From: a virus
Lineage: Duplodnaviria > Heunggongvirae > Uroviricota > Caudoviricetes
Strand: one strand, 5' to 3'
Length of the DNA stretch: 56,313 bases
IMG/VR virus record: IMGVR_UViG_3300021255_002251
Position numbers and translations under genes: made by a program. The notes under the pieces were generated by a model that did not search any database, was not told the origin of the DNA, and saw only the letters and a program-made list of their open reading frames with translations. Shown piece after piece: positions 8,372 through 16,723 of the stretch (positions are counted from its first letter, which is position 1; each line of letters opens with the position of its first letter).

Positions 8372-8749
8372 TTACTCGCCATTGCAACAGTAATACGTCG
8401 CATCCAATGGGAGAAATATCGTATCCAGCACGACTTCGCATGCCTCGTCAACAACCCATAGCGGCCACGTCACAGTAGCCACCGCCGACCATATCGCATC
8501 GGGACCGTCATTGAGATGCGCAGGCGCGCATATGCAATCGTCCCACACCTGTTCCGTCGAATAGTAGGGATGAGGCTGCAGGAAATACGGACTCCTCTTT
8601 CCGCTCTCTGACCTCACCGCTATGTTGCAGCACCCTCCACCGAACAAGAGGGCTATCGTCCAGAACACGGAGAAGAACATTCCCCATGCCACAACGAACG
8701 CCGCCCGTCGGCTCATCGGCTTCTCCGAACCTGTCTCCGTCCCGTCCAT
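8372..8749 (-). CDS. YceK/YidQ-like lipoprotein
   Basis: Signal stretch plus GGG-C, then PY..T and VD...VV.DT.FLP.D motifs characteristic of YceK/YidQ (DUF1375). Confidence 0.6.
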   Translation of the reverse strand: MDGTETGSEKPMSRRAAFVVAWGMFFSVFWTIALLFGGGCCNIAVRSESGKRSPYFLQPHPYYSTEQVWDDCICAPAHLNDGPDAIWSAVATVTWPLWVVDEACEVVLDTIFLPLDATYYCCNGE

Positions 8750-8750
8750 C

Positions 8751-9437
8751 TTACAGCAATTCCTGTTCCGCCGCCATCATATCCGCTCTAGCCCTCTTCC
8801 CTTTCCGCCCCCGCCTCTTCTTCCTCGGCCGCTCTACAGCAACAGCCGTTTCCTCATGGTTCTCTTCGGGGATGGCTGCCTCTTCTATCGGCTTAGACAG
8901 TTTCCCCTCACATACCTCATTGGATTCAGGAGTCAGTTCCTTGCCGTACTCTGGATCGTCGTATGGCTCCGTGGCATTCGCCTGCTCTTCAGCCACATCT
9001 TCTGTCACCCCGTCCGCCAGCGGCTTCATTTCCTGTGCCGCTTCCAGCAAATCCGTCAGCCGCTCTTCCTTGGCGGTCATCCCCTTCGCCACCCACTCTG
9101 TCTTCTCCTTTGGTTTCTCTACCAACTTCACTCCGGGAACCTTTGCCCTCACTTCCGCCCGTCTCTTCTCTTCCGCCTCTTTAGCCGCTTTCCGCTTGAC
9201 CGCTTCCTCGATTCCCTTCTTCTCCGCTGCCGCATCCCAAGCCTTTACCCGCACAAGCGTCCCGCTCTTTATCCCCGCATTCGCCAGAACAACCTTTGCC
9301 GGCACTCCTCCGACCATTCTCGGAAGCACCGAATGAACTCCTCTCGCCATTCCCGTAGGATGATTGCCCCCATTCGGAAGCACAATCCGTCTCTCTCCTC
9401 CCACATGCGGATTTATCCTAGGCAATATCTCGTTCAT
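8751..9437 (-). CDS. Hypothetical charged protein, 228 aa
   Basis: AAGGAG RBS, abuts the downstream gene, E/K/R-rich. Confidence 0.7.
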   Translation of the reverse strand: MNEILPRINPHVGGERRIVLPNGGNHPTGMARGVHSVLPRMVGGVPAKVVLANAGIKSGTLVRVKAWDAAAEKKGIEEAVKRKAAKEAEEKRRAEVRAKVPGVKLVEKPKEKTEWVAKGMTAKEERLTDLLEAAQEMKPLADGVTEDVAEEQANATEPYDDPEYGKELTPESNEVCEGKLSKPIEEAAIPEENHEETAVAVERPRKKRRGRKGKRARADMMAAEQELL

Positions 9438-9490
9438 TTTGGGTCTCCTTCAATCTCGAACTCATCGTTCCAGCACAAATATTGCCCACT

Positions 9491-9967
9491 TTACCAGAAC
9501 TTCCACCAATTTTTAGCCTTTTTAGGCGGTAAAATACCAAATCTAGCCCTTCTTTTCGCCAATTCTTCCTCTTTTTTGGCTTTTAATTCCTTCAAAACTC
9601 TCTTTTTAGCCCTCTCTTCCGCCCCAAACCTCACCCGGTACCATCTTTTCACCCATCTTGCACATTTCCGCCAGCCTTTATTCCGCCGATTCCAGTCCGC
9701 TACCGTGTCCTCTATGCTCCATCCCTCCAAATGTCGCTCGATATACCTGCTGCACTCTTCCGTCTTGTCGCATCCGACCCAGACTCCGTTCCCTCTTAAC
9801 CCAAAAAGAACTATCTTCGCAGCCCCCTTGCACACGGGACACTTCGCCAGCCCTTCCGTCAGCCTCCGTACAAGCGACTCCTTCGCCGCCCTCGCCTTGA
9901 GGACTCGCTTCTCACCTCCCGTCTCCCTCCACAACGGCTTCTTGGATGGTGCCGCCTCTTCCGTCAT
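9491..9967 (-). CDS. Lar-like (restriction alleviation) Zn-finger protein
   Basis: CPVCKG.A...V.C....C...WNRR pattern of the Lar family. Confidence 0.55.
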   Translation of the reverse strand: MTEEAAPSKKPLWRETGGEKRVLKARAAKESLVRRLTEGLAKCPVCKGAAKIVLFGLRGNGVWVGCDKTEECSRYIERHLEGWSIEDTVADWNRRNKGWRKCARWVKRWYRVRFGAEERAKKRVLKELKAKKEEELAKRRARFGILPPKKAKNWWKFW

Positions 9968-10137
9968 GCCGTCCTTCCATCATCGATATCGATCGTCTCG
10001 TCCTTCTCATCTTCCATGTCGATGAAATCTTCGAGACCGCATATCCCGTCCCACACATCCCGATTAAGCCAGTACACGACCAGCCACACGAATGCTATCA
10101 CTCCCAAGATGCACCCTATCCCGATTATCCAGCCCAT
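9964..10137 (-). CDS. Small membrane protein, 57 aa (not in ORF track)
   Basis: Hand translation gives MGWIIGIGCILGVIAFVWLVVYWLNR plus an acidic tail. It is coupled to both neighbours. Confidence 0.7.
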   Translation of the reverse strand: MGWIIGIGCILGVIAFVWLVVYWLNRDVWDGICGLEDFIDMEDEKDETIDIDDGRTA

Positions 10138-10671
10138 CTAACTCACCAGCACTTTCGGTATCTGTCCGCTTCCGACCGCTTCCTTGTTTCCGTCAGCCCT
10201 TTGGTAGGATGAAGAGCCGCCTCGATAGCCCCTAGACTCTTCCCTCGCAGCCTTGAACTGTTCCCGCTTGTTATAGAATCGCCTCATCGTGACAGGAGCC
10301 ATGCCTTGCTCAAATCCAGCGGGTGCATTCGTGGTATCGTAGACAATCCTCTTTCGCCCATGTCTCCGAGGATATGCGCTCTTGCAAGTCCCATGCTCAG
10401 AAATCGGCAACTCTCCAACAAAGCAGAATCGCCCGACCGTGATGGCTTCACCGCTTGGAGAGAACTTCCGAAACTCTAAGCAATGGCAGCAATGAGGACA
10501 AGTCGTAATCTCCCGATAGTCGTACTTCTCCCGAAATGTAATTGCCCGTCTCTCTCTATCGGCAATCGCCCTAGCATCCGTATCGCCAAATATGCCAGCG
10601 ACAAACAAGCCGTTCTCATTTGGAAGGCTACTATCCTCTTCGGTTTCTATGAAGCGTTCTTTGTTGTTCAT
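10138..10671 (-). CDS. Cys-cluster hypothetical protein, 177 aa
   Basis: CPHCCHC...C...C motif. Start moved to MNNKERF. Confidence 0.65.
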   Translation of the reverse strand: MNNKERFIETEEDSSLPNENGLFVAGIFGDTDARAIADRERRAITFREKYDYREITTCPHCCHCLEFRKFSPSGEAITVGRFCFVGELPISEHGTCKSAYPRRHGRKRIVYDTTNAPAGFEQGMAPVTMRRFYNKREQFKAAREESRGYRGGSSSYQRADGNKEAVGSGQIPKVLVS

Positions 10672-10757
10672 TTTGGGACTTCGTGTGCACATACGCGAGG
10701 CGATGACACAGAGCCGCCGCCCTATCGCAAGCCATGCCGCCCTCTTTCCTCTTTCCC

Positions 10758-11454
10758 TATAAGATATCATTTATTAGAACTATAATAAAGAGTAAGAATA
10801 TATTGTAGATGGGGAAGTGGAGGGAACGGAATGGAGATGGAGGGAGAGCGGCTATGAGGGTATGTTGCTTTGTTGTGCTACGATGATGATGATTCGGGGG
10901 TGGATTGCAGAGGTGCATGAGCAAGCGAGCCGAAAGGAGGGGAGGAAACGGAGAGCGGGGGAATCATTCGGGAGGGTGTGGGGAGGTATGGAGCGGAGAG
11001 CTAGGAGAGCAATCATTAGATTGTGGAGCATCTATCATTGAGAGAGAGGGAGAGAGCCTTAAAGATAGCGATTCGGAGTGGGGGATATAATAGGGGGTCT
11101 AATAATAATAATAATAATATTACTATGTAGAGATATGTAGGAATATAGGGATAGTAATAGTAATAGTAATAGTAATATGAGTATAAGTATGAGTATGAGT
11201 AATAATAATACTACTATGTATGTAGATATGTAGTATGATAGTATAGTATGAGTATAGTGAGTAAGATAATAATAATAATAATAAGTAGTATGTATAGTAT
11301 GTATAGGAGAGTAGTATAGTAATAAGGGTATAAGAGATAATTTAATATACACGTGTGCGGGCGCGCGTGAGAGGTGAGAATAAGAAAATCCCCCCTTCAC
11401 CATGAGGTGTGGGGGGAAGGTGGAAAGTTGGGTTAGAATGGGGAGAGGAGGGGA
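10758..11454. other. Putative replication origin region
   Basis: Longest noncoding stretch in the window. The + strand flips abruptly from C/T-rich to G/A-rich although flanking genes share orientation. It contains an AT-rich repeat tract. Confidence 0.55.
11100..11340. repeat. Low-complexity (AAT)n / (TAGTAA)n / AGTATR tract
   Basis: Two (AAT)n runs, (TAGTAA)x4 and AGTATG/AGTATA repeats. Only 3 C in 11101-11340 by hand count. Confidence 0.9.
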
Positions 11455-12822
11455 TTATGCGGATTGCTTCTCTTGGGAGTCCTTGAAAGCTTCGATGAGA
11501 GCGGCAATGGGACGGGAAAGGTGGGTGTAGGGAATAGACTTGAAGGGCTTGGTTTCCCCGATGGTGGCACGGAGGGAGATACGGTCGTTGTTGTGGAGGC
11601 AACGGAAGGATTCGGAGGAAGTCGTGAAGTGATAGAAGGTGCCGTTGGAGTCGGTGAAGTCCACGATGTACTTGGTAACGGAGACACAGTGGTAGCCGTC
11701 ATAGCAGGCTTCGTCCTGAATGGTGCGAATGTTGGTGATGATGCCCGTGAGGGTCTGGCGGGAGTTGACGGGGTAAGCGCAAGGGACGATGGTGAGGGAC
11801 TTGGCGGTCTCGGCGTCGCGGAGGGATTTCACCTTTGCATTGTAGGCGGCGAAAATCGCATAGGAGAAGGAGCCGAGGGAGCGGCGGGTGGTGTAGCCCG
11901 CCTGGACGGCTTGGAGGCAATTGTAGGCGAAGGAAGAGCGCTCCTTGTCGTATTTGGCTTGCCAGAAGGAGACGATTTCGGCGGGGGAGAGGAGAGAGGC
12001 ATTGTTGCGGTCTCCGTCGGAGGTGGAGATTGGGTGCATGGTGTCCCAAGAGGTGAGGACGGATTCGACGGCGGAGGCGGTAGGCTGCTCGTAGATGGGG
12101 CGTGAGGCGTCGAAGAACGAGCCATAGCCGTCCTTCTTGTTCCACTTGATGAAGCCTTTGGTGCAGAGGGAGACGACTGGAATGAGGGTGGAAATTCCGT
12201 AGCAGAGGGAGTTGTCCTTGAAGCCGCCAAGTTCCTCTTCGGTGCCGTCGCGGAGGGTGATGAAGGTGTTGCCGTATGTCTGCAGGAAGGCGGCAGAATC
12301 TATGCCGAAGTATTCCTTGGCGCATGTGGAGCCGATTTGGAGGATTTCGTTTGTACGGGTGTTGCGGAAGAGGTAGTAGGCCTTGCGGTTTGTGCGGGTA
12401 ACGTGGCAGTGGTCGCAGAAGTTGGGGCGGAAATCGTCCATGAAGAAGTTGGCATAGGCTTCGTTGTTGCAGAAAATCTGCTTTACGCCGTCCTCGAAGG
12501 AGACGGTGCCGAGATAGGTGTATTCAACATCGTCCTTCTTGATGGTGGTAAGCCCCTTGCAGTGGACATCGCAGACTTCAACGAGACGTTCCTCGATTTT
12601 GTCGTTGCGGAAAGCATCGCCCTTCATGTGGTACTCAAAGGTTACGGGGACGGCTCGGGGTTCGGAGAAGGTGTAGGTAATCGGGGGCTTGCCGTGCTTG
12701 GCGAGAATGCGGTTGAGGTGCTTCATCTTCTTGATGAAGGTGTCCTTCTTGGAGAGCCAGAGGGTCTGGGTGAAGTCCGCGAGGTAGAGGGAGTGGGAGA
12801 GGGGGGCGGTTTCGGGAGTCAT
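11455..12822 (-). CDS. Conserved large-phage protein with CDHC...GSTC Zn site and C-terminal OB-fold-like domain, 455 aa
   Basis: CDHCHVTRTNRKAYYLFRN...QIGSTCAKEYFG motif and a C-terminal D.NG..Y.F.TS...L.ATI...T.LSR pattern. It has its own promoter, P4. Confidence 0.75.
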   Translation of the reverse strand: MTPETAPLSHSLYLADFTQTLWLSKKDTFIKKMKHLNRILAKHGKPPITYTFSEPRAVPVTFEYHMKGDAFRNDKIEERLVEVCDVHCKGLTTIKKDDVEYTYLGTVSFEDGVKQIFCNNEAYANFFMDDFRPNFCDHCHVTRTNRKAYYLFRNTRTNEILQIGSTCAKEYFGIDSAAFLQTYGNTFITLRDGTEEELGGFKDNSLCYGISTLIPVVSLCTKGFIKWNKKDGYGSFFDASRPIYEQPTASAVESVLTSWDTMHPISTSDGDRNNASLLSPAEIVSFWQAKYDKERSSFAYNCLQAVQAGYTTRRSLGSFSYAIFAAYNAKVKSLRDAETAKSLTIVPCAYPVNSRQTLTGIITNIRTIQDEACYDGYHCVSVTKYIVDFTDSNGTFYHFTTSSESFRCLHNNDRISLRATIGETKPFKSIPYTHLSRPIAALIEAFKDSQEKQSA

Positions 12823-12892
12823 GGTTTAGGTTTCCTTTCGGGTATTGTCTTTGTTTGTCTTGTCTTGTCCTTGTTTGTCGTTGACGGCGGGT

Positions 12893-12921
12893 ATTATATC
12901 AAAGGTTCGGTTAGGTTGCAA
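12893..12921 (-). promoter_or_regulatory. Sigma70-type early promoter P4
   Basis: TTGCAA-17 nt-TATAAT with TG extension. The leader reads GTCAACGACAAACAAGGACAAGACAAGACAAAC. Confidence 0.9.
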
Positions 12922-12942
12922 TGGGGTAATGGAGAAAAATAT

Positions 12943-12978
12943 AAAAAAGTTTTAGGGGGGATTTTTAGTCCCCCCTTA
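12943..12978 (-). terminator. Probable terminator
   Basis: GGGGGGA-CTAAAAA-TCCCCCC hairpin followed by TAAAACTTTTTT on the minus strand. Confidence 0.5.
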
Positions 12979-13040
12979 ACAATCCCCTCTATAATATTAT
13001 AATGAGTATGAATATATAATATATATGGGGAATGAGAGGC

Positions 13041-13319
13041 TTATCCGAAGAGGCACTTGCGGGCGTCGCGGAAAGAGAGGTTCAGGTGATAGTAAACCCC
13101 GTCGATGTAAGCGGCGCAAGTTGCGGAGAGACCGCTTTCGGAAGTCTCGAACTTTACGAGGTGGATTGTTGATTTCCTCTTGTCTATGACGATGGAATCC
13201 ACCTTGAAGTTGTAGAGTTCATCATCGTCGATTTTGTGTTGGAGAACTGGGATTTCCACGATGTTCGTGTTCTTCTTGGGGGCCTTTGCGGCGGAATCCT
13301 TCTTTGCTGGCATTGCCAT
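13041..13319 (-). CDS. Hypothetical protein, paralog of 13360-13644
   Basis: Shared N.N.VE..V...DD......I..DK.K and a C-terminal ..LFG. Confidence 0.75.
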   Translation of the reverse strand: MAMPAKKDSAAKAPKKNTNIVEIPVLQHKIDDDELYNFKVDSIVIDKRKSTIHLVKFETSESGLSATCAAYIDGVYYHLNLSFRDARKCLFG

Positions 13320-13359
13320 ATTGTGTTTTCCTTTCTTGTTTTTTGGGGGGTGAAATTGG

Positions 13360-13644
13360 TTATCCGAAAAGGATTTTCCTTACTTCGGCATAGGTGTTGT
13401 TGACGTAGAAAGTCTGTCCCATTACGTTGATGAGGCACGGACCGAGGCATCCTGCGTCTGGGCGGTCCTTTGACATGAGTACGAATGGAGTTTTCGACTT
13501 GTCAAAGCAGATTTTCTGAATTGCAACGTCTGCTTCGTCGTCTGGGAATGTCATGACGTAGAGTTCAACCATGTTTGAATTGTCTATGGCAGAGGTCTCC
13601 TTCATGGGCGGAGGAGGGGTAGGGTCGCTTGCGCTTGTTACCAT
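13360..13644 (-). CDS. Hypothetical protein, paralog of 13041-13319
   Basis: AAGGA RBS and the shared motifs given for 13041-13319. Confidence 0.75.
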   Translation of the reverse strand: MVTSASDPTPPPPMKETSAIDNSNMVELYVMTFPDDEADVAIQKICFDKSKTPFVLMSKDRPDAGCLGPCLINVMGQTFYVNNTYAEVRKILFG

Positions 13645-13702
13645 TTGGCGTTCCTTTTCTTGGTTTGTGAGTTTTCAAAACGGCTTGAGTTCGGCGGGAA
13701 CA

Positions 13703-14134
13703 TTAGGGTTTCCTGACTATGGGCAGGTAGTTAGTAGAGACTTGCAGAACGGTGTCGAAACCGAGGGCATTGACGTGTTCCGGGACGGCTATGCCTTCGG
13801 AGGGGCGGCAGAAGCCGCATGCGCATGGAATTCGGACTAGATTGGTGGAGACAAGCTGGGCATAGAGGCTGATGTTGCTGGTGCCGTTGGTGATGGCGGA
13901 TTCTATCTCGGACAAGCGGCCTTTTAGTTCCGCTATGTCGTTCACCATGATTTCATAGGAGGGAGGTGGGCAGTAGTCCTTCTTCGTCATCTGCTCTTTT
14001 GATTGGCGAATGAGCGATCGGGACGCTCCGCATAGGCTTAGGAAAGCTCCGCAGAGGCAAATAAAGACGAGAACGATGCAAAGGTGTTCTGTCAGAAGAG
14101 TATGATTGCTCGATAAGAAGTCTTTTAGTTTCAT
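13703..14134 (-). CDS. Membrane-anchored coiled-coil protein
   Basis: N-terminal hydrophobic helix and the heptad segment DIAELKGRLSEIESAI. Confidence 0.7.
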   Translation of the reverse strand: MKLKDFLSSNHTLLTEHLCIVLVFICLCGAFLSLCGASRSLIRQSKEQMTKKDYCPPPSYEIMVNDIAELKGRLSEIESAITNGTSNISLYAQLVSTNLVRIPCACGFCRPSEGIAVPEHVNALGFDTVLQVSTNYLPIVRKP

Positions 14135-14136
14135 TT

Positions 14137-14298
14137 TTAAGTTTTCTCGGTAGGTATGGGGCTATTGTGGGTAGGGTAGGCTTTCTGGAAGTAGAGATGA
14201 GCCGTGCAGCCTGCAATGTGGTAAGAGACAACCGCCAGAATGGTAATGAGAAAGGCTTTTACGATTCTTTCGGAGAGGGTGGATTTGCGCTTTCTCAT
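14137..14298 (-). CDS. Small putative lipoprotein, 53 aa (not in ORF track)
   Basis: Hand translation gives MRKRKSTLSERIVKAFLITILAVVSYHIAG-CTAHLYFQKAYPTHNSPIPTEKT. It has a GAGGAG upstream and an IAG-C lipobox. Confidence 0.6.
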   Translation of the reverse strand: MRKRKSTLSERIVKAFLITILAVVSYHIAGCTAHLYFQKAYPTHNSPIPTEKT

Positions 14299-14341
14299 TT
14301 TAGGGGTGCTCCTCTTTCTGTGACAGGCTTCTAAACAATGC

Positions 14342-14758
14342 TTAGTGGCTAGGAGGGGTACGGCTCTCGAAGCGTTCTAGGCGGTTTAAGACGGCTTCTA
14401 TGAGGTGTCCGTTGCGGTCTATGGACCTAGTTTGCTCATGATAGAGTTCCAAGAGGCGTCCGTAATCGGTGGACTTGATTTCGTTCATGTCGGAATCTAG
14501 TGCATCTAGGCTTTTCTCTATCCTATCCAGACGGGAGGATATGCCTAGGTTTGTGGTGCATAGGGTGCCGCCACCGTCGTTTTCCGCAATCCAGTCGTTG
14601 GGGGCAACTTTGGAGGGGTTGTTGCCTATGGTGTTTTTGCAGACTTCGCAAGTGTCGAAATGTCTTACATATCCCCTTATGGCGAACAAAAACAATACCG
14701 TAGTAATAGCAAATACGACCAAAGCAAGTATGGGGAAAGTTAATTCTTTAAGTATCAT
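14342..14758 (-). CDS. Membrane-anchored coiled-coil protein
   Basis: N-terminal TM helix and RLDRIEKSLDAL heptads. Confidence 0.75.
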   Translation of the reverse strand: MILKELTFPILALVVFAITTVLFLFAIRGYVRHFDTCEVCKNTIGNNPSKVAPNDWIAENDGGGTLCTTNLGISSRLDRIEKSLDALDSDMNEIKSTDYGRLLELYHEQTRSIDRNGHLIEAVLNRLERFESRTPPSH

Positions 14759-15003
14759 TTGGAAGTCTCCTTGTTGTTCTTGATTGTGAGGACGGGCAGG
14801 AAGTCCCTGGCGGCGGCGAGGGCGGTTAGTCCAGCGATAGCCGACATATTGATAGAAGCGGGGGACAATACCGTATTGCCTAGTTCCTTGATGATTTGGT
14901 TTAGGGCTGCTTCTATGTCATTTAGGCGGTTGCCTAGCATCTGGACGAATGGGTATCCCTCATCCTTTGGAAGGGGACTTGACGTTATCATTCTTCGCAT
15001 CAT
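14755..15003 (-). CDS. Hypothetical coiled-coil protein (start uncertain)
   Basis: RLNDIEAALNQI resembles the neighbouring coiled coils. ATGA overlap with the next gene. Confidence 0.55.
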   Translation of the reverse strand: MMRRMITSSPLPKDEGYPFVQMLGNRLNDIEAALNQIIKELGNTVLSPASINMSAIAGLTALAAARDFLPVLTIKNNKETSK

Positions 15004-15034
15004 AGGTGGGAGTTCATTTCTGGTAGTCTTTTTG

Positions 15035-15727
15035 TCAGCGTGAAGCCTTAAGGATATCCGCAAACTTCTGTGCCTCTCTACGGACGTTGCAGAGAGACTT
15101 TAATTCCTCCGCATCTATCTTGGAGGGGATTAGCGGATTCTCGATGTTCGGGTCTAGTGCAAAAAACAGGTGATTGTCGGCTACCGCCTTGAAGAGCCTA
15201 TAGAGTTCCCTTACAATGGGCTTGCGGCGGTCTTCCGGAGTTTTGAGGAAGTCCATGCGAATGACAGCGGCAATGGCGGCGATGTCCCGATAGAGGTCTC
15301 GGAGACTGGTGAGATAGGCTATGGTTGATTCTACGTCCTTGAGGTTCTTGAAGTATCGTTCCGACACCTGACTGGAGTAGTCGGCTAGGACATCCGTGTA
15401 GGAGCGTAGAGTGGCATCCATCGTCTCATATGGGATTAGGGGGGTAGCCCCTAGGTCCCCATAGGTGGCTAGGAAGTCTTGCCGCTTCTTCAATGCTTCG
15501 TCGAGAGAGGTGATGATAGGGGGCAGCAAGGAGGTTAGGTCGCCTAATCTACTCTTTGCTAGTGAGAGTTTCGTGAATTCCTCTTGTGTGCTGGTGATGG
15601 TGTAGGTGAGGGCTTGCGCTTTCGCATTGAGGGCGCCGATGGTTTCAGGGGGGTAGTGGTCTGCCCACTCCTTGACCAGTAGTTCTGAAATGGTAGAAGT
15701 GTCCAGTTTTTGCGGTTTTTTAGCCAT
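15035..15727 (-). CDS. Hypothetical alpha-helical protein, 230 aa
   Basis: Long ORF with an AAGGA RBS. Confidence 0.75.
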   Translation of the reverse strand: MAKKPQKLDTSTISELLVKEWADHYPPETIGALNAKAQALTYTITSTQEEFTKLSLAKSRLGDLTSLLPPIITSLDEALKKRQDFLATYGDLGATPLIPYETMDATLRSYTDVLADYSSQVSERYFKNLKDVESTIAYLTSLRDLYRDIAAIAAVIRMDFLKTPEDRRKPIVRELYRLFKAVADNHLFFALDPNIENPLIPSKIDAEELKSLCNVRREAQKFADILKASR

Positions 15728-15768
15728 CGTGTAGTTTCCTTTTTAGACTGGTAGGGAGTGGTAAATTT

Positions 15769-16638
15769 TTAGTTATCACCAGTCTCCGTACTAGTTGGTT
15801 GGGGTGGTGAGGCACTAGGGTAAAATTCCTTCTTTGAAACGGAGAAAGTCAGTTCTTCCGTGCCGTCCTTTGCGGTTTCTCTCTTGATTATCACATCTTT
15901 CTGCCACCTCTTGTAAGCCTCTAGGAAGAGGGGGAAAGAGGGATACTGTGTCTCTGCCATGATGAGTGGAAAATCCTTGTAGAACTTCTCATGGTACTCT
16001 GGTTCGCCTTGGTAGAGGTAGAAAGCCGTAGAGGGAGAGTCTTTGATGTATTCGGCAAATCTCTTTGCGGATTCTTCCCTCTGGCGCTTCCTCACGAAAT
16101 CGGCAAGGCCTGGGTTCTTCCTACAGACTTCCGCATACTCTCTCTCCGCTTGAAGGACATAAGGTGTTACCCCAGTCGTGAAGTGTCCGCAGGCGAGGGT
16201 ATAGGGGCGGACTCCTTGTCCAGCGCTTCTTCTTGTGCATTTTGCCGCAAGCCGTCCTTTGTCCATCTCCTTTGTCTCATAGTAGGAGCAACGAAAGCAT
16301 AGGTGCTTTCCAGTAGATTCTATGAACCTCTCTAGTTCATCGTCCGCCTTGAAGAATGCTTGTGCTTCTGGAGTATCGTCCTTGTGCTTCTTCGGGTCGT
16401 AGGCTCTCTCTGCGGCATTCTTCTTGTCGGATAGTTCATCGAATTTCTTGCGCTGTTCTGGTGTTATGGAAGATTCCCAGAACAGTGATTCCACCATGTA
16501 GGCATCGTATGGGTTGTCCTCCACCTCTGTCACTTCATCCATCGTGCGCAGGAGGAATTCTTCTGCTCTAGGGCAGGTTAGGCGAATCGGTTCGCCAAAG
16601 TTAGCCTTGATAGTCCGTATGGGCGTTAGTTCTTCCAT
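15769..16638 (-). CDS. Hypothetical protein with CxxC...C...C cluster, 289 aa
   Basis: Start moved to MEELTP, 6 nt after the P5 -10 box. Confidence 0.75.
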   Translation of the reverse strand: MEELTPIRTIKANFGEPIRLTCPRAEEFLLRTMDEVTEVEDNPYDAYMVESLFWESSITPEQRKKFDELSDKKNAAERAYDPKKHKDDTPEAQAFFKADDELERFIESTGKHLCFRCSYYETKEMDKGRLAAKCTRRSAGQGVRPYTLACGHFTTGVTPYVLQAEREYAEVCRKNPGLADFVRKRQREESAKRFAEYIKDSPSTAFYLYQGEPEYHEKFYKDFPLIMAETQYPSFPLFLEAYKRWQKDVIIKRETAKDGTEELTFSVSKKEFYPSASPPQPTSTETGDN

Positions 16639-16644
16639 GGAGAT

Positions 16645-16674
16645 AGTATAGCATAGGGTGCTTGTGGCTTTCAA
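16645..16674 (-). promoter_or_regulatory. Sigma70-type promoter P5, probably leaderless
   Basis: TTGAAA-18 nt-TATACT with TG extension and the same ACCCC..TTG.AAGCC context as the other promoters. Confidence 0.7.
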
Positions 16675-16723
16675 GAGGGGGTAGGATTAAAACGGCAAAT
16701 CGTCATCATCGTTACTGTGACGC

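Noticed and set aside
8622-10025. 467-aa plus-strand ORF and other long antisense ORFs (for example 3568-4536, 4790-5575, 11464-12105)
   Set aside because: They are shadows of well-supported minus-strand genes. The strong strand skew depletes stop codons, and they show no RBS or recognisable motifs.
11059-11403. 114-aa minus-strand ORF with poly-Y, poly-L and poly-I runs
   Set aside because: It is a translation of the low-complexity repeat tract and not a plausible protein.
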